From Octopus sinensis (taxonomy: Eukaryota): a DNA stretch of 64,000 nucleotides. The DNA lies in contig NC_043002.1 of NCBI RefSeq assembly GCF_006345805.1, positions 74,772,001 through 74,836,000 of the forward strand. The letters are read 5' to 3'. Below the pieces are notes generated by a model that did no database searches, was not told where the DNA came from, and worked only from the letters and a program-made list of their open reading frames with translations. Below are positions 63,936 to 64,000 of this stretch, one piece after another (positions within the stretch are counted from its first letter, which is position 1; the number at the start of each line of letters is the position of its first letter). A program made the translations under genes and the position numbers.

Positions 63936-64000
63936 TTACAGTTCATGAGGTAGTGAAATGAAAATAATTTTTAATTAATTGAAATAATTATGGCCCTGAT

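Noticed and set aside
63427-63961. 124-164 aa ORFs
   Set aside because: Translations of the (TATG)n microsatellite.

Overview
AT-rich eukaryotic non-coding DNA, packed with tRNA-derived SINEs, RTE-clade LINE remnants, MITEs and microsatellites. The repeat repertoire is what I associate with Octopus genomes; this is an inference and was not searched. I find no intact protein-coding gene. The long ORFs in the track are translated microsatellites or minisatellites, and the only recognisable protein remnants are a dead DD37D (maT-type Tc1/mariner) transposase and RTE/L2-like RT C-termini. By eye the + strand is T/G-rich, consistent with a very large intron of a + strand gene. The most interesting observations are five. 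(1) A fold-back Penelope-like insert with two degenerate minimal hammerhead ribozymes, nested in a hAT MITE (48.1-48.4 kb). (2) A compact H-type pseudoknot-like motif reiterated in RTE 3'UTRs and expanded to about 20 tandem copies with a compensatory base-pair change (21.6-22.1 kb). (3) A perfect 99-bp locally templated inverted copy (60271-60369 to 61566-61664). (4) Two candidate microexons of 10 and 11 nt that together preserve frame. (5) A roughly 13:1 orientation bias of one repeat family. Family labels A-D are my own. Boundaries of degenerate repeats are approximate (plus or minus 10-30 bp).
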